A DNA stretch of 64,000 nucleotides from an uncultured Actinomycetes bacterium (GCA_963713435.1 CAVQLU010000001.1:86247-150246); one strand, 5' to 3'. Shown: positions 40,224-50,193, counted from the stretch's first letter. The notes: generated by a model not told the origin, from the sequence alone. Numbers and translations: made by a program.

Positions 40224-40817
40224 TCAGCTTTGCCGGGCAGCGAAGGCAGGCCAGAGGGTGTCGACGATCGCCGCGGTCCAGCGAGGATCCGGCCGTCCGC
40301 GCTCGAGGTAGTGGATGAAGAAGCTGCCGAGCAGCGCGTGCGCGGCGGCATCGAGATCGAGATCCGCTCGCAGCTCGCCCCGCTCGATCCCGGCGCGCAG
40401 CACCTGCCGGAAGCGATCGATCGCCGGGACGATCATCTGCCGGCGCGCCGCCTCGAGCAATTCGGGGCGCTCACGCTCCTCCGTCAGCAGCGTGCCCGTG
40501 ACCGACAGGTCGAACCGCTGCCGGGCGAATTCGAGCACGCTGATCAGGTCGTCGCGGGCCGAGCCCGTGTCGGGCGCGGGCTCGCCGATGTTGAGGTGGT
40601 TGATGGTGGCCAGGACCAGATCGACCGTGCTCGGGTAGCGGCGGTAGACGGTCGTCTTCGCCACTCCTGCGGCGGCCGCGACGCGGGGCAGCGTCATGTT
40701 CTGAAAGCCCTCGCGGACGAACATCTCGCCCGCCGCGGCGAGGATCGCGCGATCGACCTCCGGGTCCAGGGGTCGCCCGGGGGTCCGGGCTTGAGGCGGG
40801 TCGGTCTCGGCGTCCAC
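40224..40817 (-). CDS. TetR/AcrR family regulator
   Basis: GRP, AILAAA, VAAAAGVAKTTVYRRYPS. Confidence 0.88.
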   Translation of the reverse strand: MDAETDPPQARTPGRPLDPEVDRAILAAAGEMFVREGFQNMTLPRVAAAAGVAKTTVYRRYPSTVDLVLATINHLNIGEPAPDTGSARDDLISVLEFARQRFDLSVTGTLLTEERERPELLEAARRQMIVPAIDRFRQVLRAGIERGELRADLDLDAAAHALLGSFFIHYLERGRPDPRWTAAIVDTLWPAFAARQS

Positions 40818-40835
40818 TTGACACAGTCTATCCAG

Positions 40836-40873
40836 TTTCGATACTGTGAGTTTCGAAACCGACAGTATCGAAA
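40836..40873. promoter_or_regulatory. Palindromic operator between the TetR gene and the ester cyclase gene
   Basis: TTTCGATACTGT-N14-ACAGTATCGAAA with central GTTTCGAAAC; TTGACA at 40818-40823. Confidence 0.65.
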
Positions 40874-40887
40874 TCAAGGAGACCACC

Positions 40888-41298
40888 ATGAGCCACCGCA
40901 GCCTGATCGAGTCGTTCTACGCCGCCAACGGTCCGATGGCCGATGACGAGACCCTCGAGCGCACCTTCCATCCCGACTACGTCAGCCACACCAGCCCTCC
41001 GGACACCCCGAGGGGCGTGGCGACGGCCCTCGACCTGCGGGCCTTCCTGAACGCGACGTTCTCCGACATGCAGTACCGCCTGATCGAGACGGTCGTCGAA
41101 GGTGATTTCGCCGCTGCATACACGCGCCTGCGCGCCGTCCACAGCGGTGACACGTTCGGGTTCCCGGGCACCGGTGAGGCGTTCGACGTCGAGCAGATGC
41201 ACCTCATGCGCTTCGCCGACGACGGGCGCATCATCGAGCACTGGGGCGTTCGCGACGACGCGGGGATGATGCGGCAGATCAAGGCCGTCCCGCGCTGA
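40888..41298 (+). CDS. SnoaL-like ester cyclase (NTF2 fold)
   Basis: FSD, VEGD, HSGDTFGFPGTG, GRIIEHWGVRD; AAGGAG RBS. Confidence 0.8.
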   Translation: MSHRSLIESFYAANGPMADDETLERTFHPDYVSHTSPPDTPRGVATALDLRAFLNATFSDMQYRLIETVVEGDFAAAYTRLRAVHSGDTFGFPGTGEAFDVEQMHLMRFADDGRIIEHWGVRDDAGMMRQIKAVPR

Positions 41299-41400
41299 CC
41301 CGGCCGAACCGTCGCCGCCCGCGTGCAACACTCGCCATGTCGGCTGGATCAGGTCAGCGAGCCGCTGCGCACGGGCGGCGACGGAATTCGGAGGAGACGA

Positions 41401-41778
41401 GTGAGCGGGTTCACGAAGATCAACATGAAGGAGATCGAGGCCGGAGGAAGCGCAGACATCGAAACGCGCTTTGCCCGGAAGTACCTCGACTCCGAGCATC
41501 TCGGTGTCAGCCTGTTCCACTACGGCGCGGGCTTCCGGAGCAGCATGGGACACAGCCACCGCGAGCAGGAAGAGCTGTACGTCGTGCTCGGCGGGTCGGG
41601 CCGGATGAAGCTCGATGACGAGATCGTCGAGCTCGTGCCGTGGGATGCCGTGCGCGTGGCGCCGCACACCGTCCGGGCCTTCGAGGGCGGACCCGGCGGC
41701 CTCGAGCTACTGGCGATCGGGTCCGATCGGCCCGAGGGCGGCGACGGTGTGCGCGTCGAGGATTTCTGGCCGGCCTGA
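41401..41778 (+). CDS. Cupin domain protein
   Basis: GHSHREQEELYVVLGGSG..LD, VRVAP; GGAGG RBS. Confidence 0.8.
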   Translation: MSGFTKINMKEIEAGGSADIETRFARKYLDSEHLGVSLFHYGAGFRSSMGHSHREQEELYVVLGGSGRMKLDDEIVELVPWDAVRVAPHTVRAFEGGPGGLELLAIGSDRPEGGDGVRVEDFWPA

Positions 41779-41797
41779 CCCCGCAGGGGACGCGCGC

Positions 41798-42019
41798 ATG
41801 GCACTGATCGAACGCATCGAGGCCCGCGCGATCGGGCCTGAAGTCCCCCGCTACCGTCCCCTCGAGGCCTGGGAGTACGGCGTCCTGACGCCGATCCGCG
41901 CGGACGCCGAGGGGATGACGCACCTCCCGGACGGCGCGGGGCTGGGCATCGAGCTCGACCCCGAGGCCATCGAGGCCGCAACCATCGGATCGTTCGACAC
42001 CACGGCGACGCGCGCATAG
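41798..42019 (+). pseudogene. Internally deleted mandelate racemase/enolase-superfamily gene remnant
   Basis: N-terminal IERIEARAI joined in frame to C-terminal PDGAGLGIELD; only about 73 aa. Confidence 0.5.
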
Positions 42020-42040
42020 CCGCGCGCCGCCGGGGCGGAC

Positions 42041-42322
42041 CTACCGCTTGATCTCGTTGTGGATCTCGATCACCTCGGGCGGCCCGGCGAGCTCGATGCC
42101 GTTCTGCGTGAGAATCGGCATCAGGCGCTGACCAAACGCCTCGAACTGTTCCGGCGAGTCCCAGATCTCGCTCACGCGGAACGAACCGCCCGAGCTGAAC
42201 GCGACGTGGTAGGAGAGCCCGTCGGGCGGGAACTCGCCCGAGGCCTCGATGAGCGGCATCGTTGCGTCGTACTTCTCGGCCGTGAGGCCCGGGGCGCCCG
42301 TGAAACGGACAAGGATGCTCAT
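42041..42322 (-). CDS. Small hypothetical protein (ABM/dimeric alpha-beta barrel-like)
   Basis: PPDGLSYH, FRVSEIWDS.EQFEAF; GGAGG RBS. Confidence 0.65.
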   Translation of the reverse strand: MSILVRFTGAPGLTAEKYDATMPLIEASGEFPPDGLSYHVAFSSGGSFRVSEIWDSPEQFEAFGQRLMPILTQNGIELAGPPEVIEIHNEIKR

Positions 42323-42343
42323 GCTGTTCCTCCGTGGCTCGAG

Positions 42344-42628
42344 CTAGGCGGTCATGCGAATCGCGACGTTGTACTTCGCGACGGAACTGCGGCTGCCGGG
42401 AGTGTCGTCCGCCGGCATCGCGCTGAGAACCGCGTCCCCCTGGCGGTAGTCCTCCTCGTTGTCGAAGAACACGATCGCGATTGACTTCTGGGCGTCCGGG
42501 TCGTGCAGGATCAGGATCTCGGTGGCCGGGATGTCGTCCGGTCGGCCACTCTCGCCGATCTGCTGCCGCAGCTGCTCGATGCGCTCGTTGGTGACGCCCT
42601 CGAAATTGACTACGCGTGCGAGTGTCAT
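42344..42628 (-). CDS. Small hypothetical protein (ABM-like)
   Basis: ARVVNFEG, IVFFDNEED; AGGAGG RBS. Confidence 0.6.
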   Translation of the reverse strand: MTLARVVNFEGVTNERIEQLRQQIGESGRPDDIPATEILILHDPDAQKSIAIVFFDNEEDYRQGDAVLSAMPADDTPGSRSSVAKYNVAIRMTA

Positions 42629-42783
42629 GGTGGCCTCCTGCTTCGCTTGTGCGGGACGCTACTCTCTTCGGGGGCCCACTTTCAATGCCGGGCGGGTCTC
42701 AATTGCGTAAGACCCGCCCGACACCCTCAGAAGTTCTCACTGAATGAGCGCGGCGTCGCTCACGCTCAGCTCAGCGCGAGCTT

Positions 42784-43359
42784 CTAAGCGGCCTGCATCT
42801 CGTAGGTCAGGGAGACGATGCCCGACCCGACGGTCACGGCGTCGACCAGACGCATGGGCTTCTTGTCGCTGGTCTCGGTGAAGAGACGCTCGCCGGTTCC
42901 GAGCACGACCGGGAAGACGAACAGCCGCAGCTCATCGACCAGATCGTGTTCGATCAGTGCCCGCTCGAGCGGGTAGCTGGCATAGACGACGATCTCGCCG
43001 TCCAGGTCGCGCTTCAGGTCCGAGACCGCGTCGACCACATTGCCCTTCAGGACCGTCGAGTTGGCCCATCTGGGCTCTTCGATGCTGGAGGACACGACGT
43101 ACTTGGGCAGGCCGTTCAACCTGTCCGCCCACTCGCCGCTCCGGGATGCCCAGCGCGCCGCGAACCACTCGTCGCTGCGCCGGCCGAGCAGCAGGGCCTC
43201 GGCGCGCTGTGCCTCGACGAGCATGATCTTGGCCCACTCCTCGAGGTCGTCGCCACCGAACTGGCCGAACCAGCCGCCGTGCCTGAAGCCCTCCTTCCCG
43301 TCCGGGTCCTGGACGACCCCGTCGAGCGAGACGTTCGTGCTGATGACGATCTTGCCCAT
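42784..43359 (-). CDS. Dihydrofolate reductase family (RibD C-terminal) protein
   Basis: NVSLDGVVQ, LLLGRR, PKYVVSS, LVDELRLFVFPVVLGTGERLF. Confidence 0.88.
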   Translation of the reverse strand: MGKIVISTNVSLDGVVQDPDGKEGFRHGGWFGQFGGDDLEEWAKIMLVEAQRAEALLLGRRSDEWFAARWASRSGEWADRLNGLPKYVVSSSIEEPRWANSTVLKGNVVDAVSDLKRDLDGEIVVYASYPLERALIEHDLVDELRLFVFPVVLGTGERLFTETSDKKPMRLVDAVTVGSGIVSLTYEMQAA

Positions 43360-43502
43360 TTCGATTCTCCGTTCGTCGGACTGCTTGCTTGCCTCGTTCG
43401 TCGAGGCGCTCGACGCGACGAAAACTGGGCGGCCAATTTCGAGCCGCCCCGACGTCATTGCCTGTATGCCCATGCAACGGAGGAGTTGGCGATGATGCGA
43501 CC

Positions 43503-44501
43503 GTGACCGAGCAGACCCTCACCCGAGCGCGCGCGGGCGACGAGGATGCGTTCCGCGAGCTGACCGATCCCTACCGGCGCGAGCTCCAGCTGCACGTCTA
43601 CCGGATCGTCGGCTCGACGCAGGACGCAGAAGACCTGCTGCAGGAGACGATGCTGGCCGCATGGCGCGGCCTCGACCATTTCGAGGGACGCGCGTCGGTC
43701 CGCGCCTGGCTCTACCGGATCGCCACCAATCGCTCCCTCGATGCGCTGCGCGCGAGCAAACGTCGCCCGGATGACCAGAAGCTGCCGCCGTTGCCGGAGC
43801 CCACGCGCTGGAGCGAGCCGTTGTGGCTCGAGCCCTACCCCGACGTTCTCCTCGAGGGAATCTCGGACGAGGCCGCAGGACCCGCGGCGCGCTACGAGAC
43901 CAAGGAGGCGATCGAGCTCGCCTTCATCGTCGGACTGCAGCATCTCCCGGCGCAGCAGCGGGCCGTGTTCGTGCTGCGGGACGTGCTGGGCTACCGCGCC
44001 CGGGAGGTCGCCGAGATGTTAGACACGAGCGACGCAGCGGTCAACAGCCTGCTGCGCCGCGCGCGTGCCGCGTTCGAGTCCCGCTTGCCGGCCAGTGGAC
44101 GCGAACGAGCGCCGCTCCCGGATTCCAGGCTCGAGCGCGACATCGTCGGCCGCTTCGCCGAAACGGTCGAGGCAGGCGACATCGACGGAATGGTCGCGCT
44201 GCTGACCGACGATGCCTGGGTCACGATGCCGCCCCTCCCGCACGCCTACCAGGGACGCGAGGCGATCCGCGCGTTCCTGCGCGGCTCCGACGAGCGCCGC
44301 GGCGCGCCGTTGCGGCTGGTGCCGACGCGCGCGAACGGCCAACCGGCGTTCGGGACGTACTTCATGGCCCCCGGCACCGACGTCGCGCGCGCGTTTTCAC
44401 TCTTCGTACTCACGCTCGGCGGCGATCGCATCTCCGCCATCACGTGGTTCGCCGGAAGCGGCGTCTTTCCGCACTTCGGACTGCCGCGGATGCTGCGGTA
44501 G
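43503..44501 (+). CDS. ECF sigma factor with C-terminal SnoaL-like domain (SigG-like)
   Basis: YRRELQLHVYR..GS.QDAEDLLQET, WLYRIATN, WLEPYPD, TRANGQPAFG. Confidence 0.88.
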   Translation: MTEQTLTRARAGDEDAFRELTDPYRRELQLHVYRIVGSTQDAEDLLQETMLAAWRGLDHFEGRASVRAWLYRIATNRSLDALRASKRRPDDQKLPPLPEPTRWSEPLWLEPYPDVLLEGISDEAAGPAARYETKEAIELAFIVGLQHLPAQQRAVFVLRDVLGYRAREVAEMLDTSDAAVNSLLRRARAAFESRLPASGRERAPLPDSRLERDIVGRFAETVEAGDIDGMVALLTDDAWVTMPPLPHAYQGREAIRAFLRGSDERRGAPLRLVPTRANGQPAFGTYFMAPGTDVARAFSLFVLTLGGDRISAITWFAGSGVFPHFGLPRMLR

Positions 44502-44530
44502 GACGTGTGGGACGGTTGCGCGTCGCGTCG

Positions 44531-44914
44531 CTACGAATCGACGGCTTGCGACAGCTCGACCAGATTTCCGTCGGGGTCGCGAACGTAGATCGACGCAAGA
44601 GCAGACGTGGCGCCCGTGCGGGCGACCGGACCGAGCTCGACGGGTATGCCGGCGCGCGCCAGCGACTCGGCGATCTGGTCGGGGCTGTCGGACACCAGAA
44701 GACAGATGTCCGCCGAGCCTCGGGTGGGATGCGCCGCATGGGGCGCAACCTCTGCGCCTGCTCGATGCAGGTTGAGCTTCTGAGCTCCGAAGCGCAGAGC
44801 AACGCGGCCGTCGCCGAACGTCTCTCGCCGCATCCCGAGCGATTCGTAGAACCGGATGGTCGCATCGATATCGGCAACCGTCAGAACCAGGTGATCGAGC
44901 GACCGGATGCGCAT
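44531..44914 (-). CDS. VOC family protein (copy 1)
   Basis: LDHLVLTV, QKLNLH, GSADIC, SIYVRDPDGNLVELS. Confidence 0.9.
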   Translation of the reverse strand: MRIRSLDHLVLTVADIDATIRFYESLGMRRETFGDGRVALRFGAQKLNLHRAGAEVAPHAAHPTRGSADICLLVSDSPDQIAESLARAGIPVELGPVARTGATSALASIYVRDPDGNLVELSQAVDS

Positions 44915-45018
44915 GCGCGAACGCTAGCGAGGTGCTTCCCCGCAAGCTTGCATCGAGGTGCGGCGGGACGTAGTGTCGGCCGGTCCGTGTACATCGTCCG
45001 CGCCAGGCAGGGGCCACG

Positions 45019-46047
45019 GTGATCGCCGCGGCCGTGGCCGCCGTCGCGCTGACCCGCGGCCCCGTGGCCGAGAGCGTGAGGCAGCGCACCGCCATCGTCT
45101 CGTTCCGGACGGCGACCCGGACCCACGCCTTCGTGACCCTGCAGAACGGCGCCCGCGTCGACGCCGGCAGCGGCGTCGCGCACGTCGCCCGGCTGACCCG
45201 CCTGAAACCTGGGATGCACTACCCCTACACCGTCACGGCGAACTCCAGCGTGCTCGCCGAGGGGGCGTTCCGCGCCGCTCCGGCCCGCGCCGCCAGGTTC
45301 ACCTTCGCGGTGGTGGGCGATTTCGGCAGCGGGTCCGACGACGAGAGGGCCGTCGCCGCGATGATCGAGTCCTGGCAGCCGGACTTCGTGCAAACGGTGG
45401 GCGACAACGCCTACCCGCTGGGCTCGGCGGAGCTGCTCGATCGCGACATCTTCGGCCCGTACGCGTCGGTCATGCGCGCGTCGGCCTGGTTCCCGGCGCT
45501 CGGCAACCACGACGTCAAAGCCAACGGCGGGAAGCCCGAGCTCGAGGCGTTCCACTCGCTCGGCAGCGAGCGCTGGTACCGCTACACCTGGGGGAACGCC
45601 GCCATGGTGGTGCTGGATTCCGACGTTTCCGTCGGCCCCGGCTCGCCGCAGCTGCGCTTTGCCCGCAGCGCCCTGGCGCTGCCCTCCTGCTTCCGCTTCG
45701 CCGCCTGGCACCACCCGCCCTGGGAGCCCCCGAACGCCCGTCTCTCGCCCGGCCTCCGCCGCAACATCGTGCCGCTCGTCGAACAGGACGGCGTGCAGGT
45801 GGTGTTCGAAGGTCACCTGCACGCCTACGCTCGCAGCCGCCCGCACCACGGAGTGCTCTACGTGGCCGTTGGCACCGGGGGAGCCGAGCTGGAATACGAC
45901 GCCGGCGACCTGACGATTCCGTCTGCCCGCGTCGTCCAGGGCCACTTCGGCGCCCTGCGGGTGGACGTCGCCGGCCGCTCTGCGCGCTTCCGGTACCAGA
46001 CGGTCGACGGGAAGGTGCGCGACGACTTCCGCCTGCGCTGCTCCTAG
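45019..46047 (+). CDS. Metallophosphoesterase (purple acid phosphatase-like)
   Basis: VGDFG, VGDNAY, LGNHD, HHPP, GHLHAYARS. Confidence 0.85.
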   Translation: MIAAAVAAVALTRGPVAESVRQRTAIVSFRTATRTHAFVTLQNGARVDAGSGVAHVARLTRLKPGMHYPYTVTANSSVLAEGAFRAAPARAARFTFAVVGDFGSGSDDERAVAAMIESWQPDFVQTVGDNAYPLGSAELLDRDIFGPYASVMRASAWFPALGNHDVKANGGKPELEAFHSLGSERWYRYTWGNAAMVVLDSDVSVGPGSPQLRFARSALALPSCFRFAAWHHPPWEPPNARLSPGLRRNIVPLVEQDGVQVVFEGHLHAYARSRPHHGVLYVAVGTGGAELEYDAGDLTIPSARVVQGHFGALRVDVAGRSARFRYQTVDGKVRDDFRLRCS

Positions 46048-46342
46048 CGCTACTGACCAGGTTGGCGCCGCTCGCGCCGGTGACCTCGAACGGCCTGCGC
46101 CTTGAGCAGACTTCACCACTCCTACACCCAAACGTCCTGGCGGCGGGCGTACGGTGACCTTGCTTCGCCGGGGGAAACGCGGAGCCGCCTTCTGGGGAGG
46201 CGAGGGGACTCTGCCCAGCGGTTCACCTCCTGTCTGCTGGGTGACGAAACCCGATTGCTGAGCGCCCGCACCCGCAGCGGGCGCTCACGCATTTTCCGGC
46301 GAGGCGACAAACCACGTCGGTCGTCTCAAGGAGGAGCGAGGC

Positions 46343-46924
46343 CTAGATGGCTCGGATGGTCTCGCCGAAGGCGAAGCCGACGATCGACCACATCGCCACG
46401 TACGGGATGGCATACGCCACGGCACCGAGGAAAATGCGGCGCTCCCCGACCGGCCCGTCGCCGACGAAGCGGGCGAAGGTGGCGACGAGGATCGGGTTGG
46501 CGACCGCCGCGGCGAGGGCGTACGAGCGGTCCGACCCGCTCTGGATCCATGCCACCGGGTGCGACATCAGACGGCTCGTCCGCATCTGCTCGAGCCGCTT
46601 CTCGATCCGTGTGCCGTTGCCCGTGAACCAGTCGTCCCAGCGCCGGTCGACCCAGCGACAGCAGCCGATCACGAGGAAGACGACGACGGCCGTCGCGAGG
46701 ATGTAGACAAGCGATGGTCGGAACGAGGCCGCGAGCACGGCGATCGGCAGCCCGATGAAGACGCCGTCGAAGAACGCCACGGCCGCGACGATCGTGCCGC
46801 CGACTCCGGTACGCGCGGCGCCTGCGCCAGGGCCTGTCGAGGTGGGTGCGGCCATCCTCACAGCTGTCGGCAACTCGCAGAACGGCCGCATCGCTCGATC
46901 CGGTGAGCTGCTCGGCGCAGTCAC
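46343..46924 (-). CDS. Membrane hypothetical protein
   Basis: Hydrophobic segments; start overlaps the upstream stop. Confidence 0.55.
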   Translation of the reverse strand: MTAPSSSPDRAMRPFCELPTAVRMAAPTSTGPGAGAARTGVGGTIVAAVAFFDGVFIGLPIAVLAASFRPSLVYILATAVVVFLVIGCCRWVDRRWDDWFTGNGTRIEKRLEQMRTSRLMSHPVAWIQSGSDRSYALAAAVANPILVATFARFVGDGPVGERRIFLGAVAYAIPYVAMWSIVGFAFGETIRAI

Positions 46925-47427
46925 GGCTGCGCCCGCTCGTTCAGGCCGGCGACGATGAGACCGCCGGTAGCGAGCTTCGTCAGGCGCTCGTCAGCCTGGC
47001 CTTCTTCTTCGAGGGTCTCGCCGAGGAGCCGGCGCGCGTCACCGTGGTCGAGCTGGTCGGCCAGAGCACGGGCCGTGCCATATGCCGAGATTTCGTAATG
47101 CTCGACGCGCTGGGCGGCGGCGATGAGCGCAACGTCCTTGACCTCGCCGGGCCCGTCCGCACGGATGATCTTCTTGACCTCGCTGATGAGCCCCTCCATG
47201 GCCGCGCACGTGTCCTCCGGCACGGGTGAGGGCGACGAAGTGATGACCTCGTCCAGACGCTCGAGGTGGCGCTCCGTCTGCTCGAGGTGCTGAGCGAACG
47301 CCTGCTGCAGCTTCCTGTCGGAGGCCGCATCGGCCATCGCCGGTAGCGCCTCCAAGAGCTGCCGCTCTGCGCTGCGCAGATCGCCAAGCTGGGCTGCGTA
47401 GACATCCTCGACCGAGGCGAGCTTCAT
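46921..47427 (-). CDS. Ferritin-like DUF892 (YciE/YciF) protein
   Basis: DLRSAERQL..LP.MA, HLEQT, CAAMEGLI, AAQRVEHYEISAYGT. Confidence 0.88.
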   Translation of the reverse strand: MKLASVEDVYAAQLGDLRSAERQLLEALPAMADAASDRKLQQAFAQHLEQTERHLERLDEVITSSPSPVPEDTCAAMEGLISEVKKIIRADGPGEVKDVALIAAAQRVEHYEISAYGTARALADQLDHGDARRLLGETLEEEGQADERLTKLATGGLIVAGLNERAQP

Positions 47428-48569
47428 CTTGTCGTCCTCTGATTGGTGAGCATTTCCGGGTCGGCGGGGGGAGCATTGGCTATGCGATCTGCACGTTCCT
47501 CGAGTAGCTCGCCGACAACTGCCTGGATCGTTGCGGCGACGGGGATGGCGAGCAGAGCGCCCACGAGGCCCAGCAATGCGCCGCCGCACAGGACGGCGAC
47601 GAGAATGGTGAGCGAGGGCAGCTGCACCGTGCGGCCGTAGATCATCGGCTGGAGGATGTGGTTCTCGATCTGTTGGTAGACCATCACGATCACGAACAGG
47701 ATCACCGCGGTGCGCACGTCCACGAAGATCAAGCCGGAGGCGACGACGACGATCGAGCCTAGGGTGGCGCCGATCAGCGGGATGATGTCGAAGACGGCCA
47801 TGAACACCCCCAGCGCCAGTGAGTAGGGGACGTGGAGCAGGTAGAGCGAGATGGTCGTAACCACTCCACAGAGCAGCGAGATGACGAGATTGCCTGCGAC
47901 GTAGCCGCCGATGTTGCGGTTGACGTGCTCCGCCGCAGCGCGCACCCGGGGTCGGCGCTTTGCCGGTATCTGGCTCAGGATGACGTTGCCGATGGCCGGC
48001 AACTCGTAGAGCAGGAACAGCGTGAGGAAGAAGATCGTCGAGATGGCGACGACACCACCCAAGATCGTGTCCGCGGCTCCGAAGATGACGTTCGGCAACG
48101 AGTTGAGGTGCTGCTTCGCGTGAGCCGCGATGTGGAACCGATGATCGAGACGCTGGACCGCGCTGTTGTGCTGAGCGTCCGAGATCGCCTGCGGTATCGC
48201 CGTCGAGAGCTTGTCGACCTGTGTGACGAATGGCGCCACGAACGCCACGAGCACGGCGACAAAGCCCACGACGAATCCGAGGAAGACCAGCGTCGAGGCG
48301 GTTCTCCGGCCGAAGCGCGGCTCGAGCCGCACGACGAGCGGGTTGAGAGCGATCGCGAGGAACGTCGCCGTCAGCGTCCACACGAACACCTCGCGCATCT
48401 GCGACAGCAGACCGCTGATGATCCCCAGCGCGAGCAGCCCAAGCACGATCTTGACGACCGCTGCGCCACTGATATCGACGGTCAGCCGGCGCCGCGCGAC
48501 CTCCGCCCGTGGCGGATCCGTTGCGGACGGCGGACGCTTTTCAGCGAAGCTGACAGGAAGGTCGGTCAC
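47424..48569 (-). CDS. AI-2E family transporter
   Basis: LAIALNPLV, IPLIGATLG, YQQIENHILQP, GALLAIPVAA. Confidence 0.88.
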   Translation of the reverse strand: MTDLPVSFAEKRPPSATDPPRAEVARRRLTVDISGAAVVKIVLGLLALGIISGLLSQMREVFVWTLTATFLAIALNPLVVRLEPRFGRRTASTLVFLGFVVGFVAVLVAFVAPFVTQVDKLSTAIPQAISDAQHNSAVQRLDHRFHIAAHAKQHLNSLPNVIFGAADTILGGVVAISTIFFLTLFLLYELPAIGNVILSQIPAKRRPRVRAAAEHVNRNIGGYVAGNLVISLLCGVVTTISLYLLHVPYSLALGVFMAVFDIIPLIGATLGSIVVVASGLIFVDVRTAVILFVIVMVYQQIENHILQPMIYGRTVQLPSLTILVAVLCGGALLGLVGALLAIPVAATIQAVVGELLEERADRIANAPPADPEMLTNQRTTR

Positions 48570-48790
48570 GCCGAGCCGCCGATGAGTCGAAAACAACAGT
48601 CGACGAGCGGCTTCGGCCGGTTCTTGCACCCCGCGCCGCCCGTACCTGTTGCCACAGCGTTCACCGACGGTACTACCCGCACCACTGGCCCGCCAAAACC
48701 CAGGCGCACGAGCTCGGGGAGATTCAGCCGGCGTGAAGCTCGTTACTCGACTCCGGCACTTGCACCGGCCGTCGGAAGCCCTGTCGTCGC

Positions 48791-49651
48791 TCAGACCGCG
48801 TCAGGCTCCAACCCGATCCCGCCCCACACGATCCGTTCCCAGCCGTGTTCAGGCAGACCCATCTCGGCCCGTTGCCCGGGGGTCATCGTCGCAATGTGGG
48901 CGCGAGCGGTGCGCGCGGCCTCGATCATCGAGTCGTGCAGCAGCGTCTCCTGCGACGTCGAGCCGGCGGGCGCCGCATCCAACCAATCGGTCAGCCACGC
49001 TTGCAGCGACGGTGCGATCTCACGCAGCACCATTCGAAAGACGATCTCGCCGTCGTCTTCGATCTCGTCGTAGTCGCTCTCGAGGATGCGACCCGTGGAG
49101 GTATCGAGACAGAAGTAGTACCCCTCCTCGACCTGAACCAGCGGGAGCCGGTCATCGGGCCAGCTATCGACCTCTGCCTCATCCGGGGGCGACGCCTTCA
49201 GATGGCGGTATGTGCTGAGGAGCTCCCCGGCGGAGAGCAGGCCGCTTCCGGGGCCGAAACCGCCGTTGGCGACTTCCAGATAGACGCGGCGCAGGAAGGA
49301 GGGCAATGGGACCCCGAGCTGCGACTGCACATCGTCGAGGGCAGCTCTTGTCGCCGGCGGAGCCAGCGGAGCCTCCGCCGGCGTCGACATGTCAACCTCG
49401 ATCTGGCGCGCTCGCGTATGGATCGCATCATCGACCGGCGAGCCGGACTGGATCGAGTCGACCAGCTGCGCCAGCGCGCCGGCCGCCGATGCGACTCCGA
49501 GCCTGAGCTCCCCGGCCGACAGACCGCTGAGGCTCTGGTCGAACCGAGTCGGTTGCGCGTCCTTCCGCCGGCGCGGATCTCGCGCCCTCTGGCGCAGGCG
49601 TTCTAGGAGCGTGTCATCGCCGGTATCCACGAGTATCACGCTAGTGGACAA
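48791..49651 (-). CDS. SMI1/KNR4 (SUKH) domain protein
   Basis: LGVPLPSFLRRVYLEVANGGFGP, CLD, SLQAWLTDW; start uncertain. Confidence 0.7.
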   Translation of the reverse strand: MSTSVILVDTGDDTLLERLRQRARDPRRRKDAQPTRFDQSLSGLSAGELRLGVASAAGALAQLVDSIQSGSPVDDAIHTRARQIEVDMSTPAEAPLAPPATRAALDDVQSQLGVPLPSFLRRVYLEVANGGFGPGSGLLSAGELLSTYRHLKASPPDEAEVDSWPDDRLPLVQVEEGYYFCLDTSTGRILESDYDEIEDDGEIVFRMVLREIAPSLQAWLTDWLDAAPAGSTSQETLLHDSMIEAARTARAHIATMTPGQRAEMGLPEHGWERIVWGGIGLEPDAV

Positions 49652-49721
49652 CTCCGCGAATGTGCCAGACGATCCTGAAGACCAGGAACCGGCGGGCTAC
49701 CTGCAGCGTCAGAGTCTCGAG

Positions 49722-50095
49722 ATGCCGAAGACCATCGCCCTCGTCGTCGTCGCGCTCGCGCTCGCGCTCGCGCCGACCGCCACCCTGCCGCCGCTCCGAC
49801 GGTCACGTCCATCCGCCTCGTCAGCGACGGCGGGTTCGTCGCCCGGCACAGCGTGACCGCCGTCGACCGGCGCAACCGAGCCGCTCTGGCGCGCACCGCT
49901 GCGCTCGTGCCCGCGAGGCTGCCACGGCTGCCGCCTCTCGAGAACGGGTGCATGGACTGCATCCTCAACACGCTCACGATCGTGCGCGGAGGCCGTCGCT
50001 TCGAGCTCCGCTGGTACAACGGAGCACCCGCCTCGCTACGGCTCCTGCTCGCCGCGTTGGCGAAGAACGGACGGCATTCAGGCGACCGCGCCTGA
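49722..50095 (+). CDS. Small secreted hypothetical protein (frameshifted near 49790-49810)
   Basis: Signal peptide in one frame; SDGGF...GCMDCILNTLTI in another. Confidence 0.35.
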
Positions 50096-50112
50096 GCTGG
50101 CCGGAGACTCTT

Positions 50113-50185
50113 TGCCGGAAGCCCTCTCAGGGATGCCGGAAGCCCTCTCAGGGATGCGCCCGCTGGTTGACATCGCGTTGACATC
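50113..50185 (-). mobile_element. Truncated att-like remnant: tandem 21-bp duplication containing the tRNA-Thr 3' end, plus paired GTTGACATC boxes
   Basis: TGCCGGAAGCCCTCTCAGGGA x2 (50113-50154); GTTGACATC at 50166-50174 and 50177-50185. Confidence 0.6.
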
Positions 50186-50193
50186 TGCTCCCT

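Noticed and set aside
42690-42720. Hairpin GGGCGGGTCT...AGACCCGCCC as a mobile repeat
   Set aside because: Single copy in the window between co-oriented genes; more simply a terminator-like or operator stem.
50113-50185. CRISPR array (also considered for 3749-3991)
   Set aside because: Only two units, no unique spacers of regular length and no cas genes.
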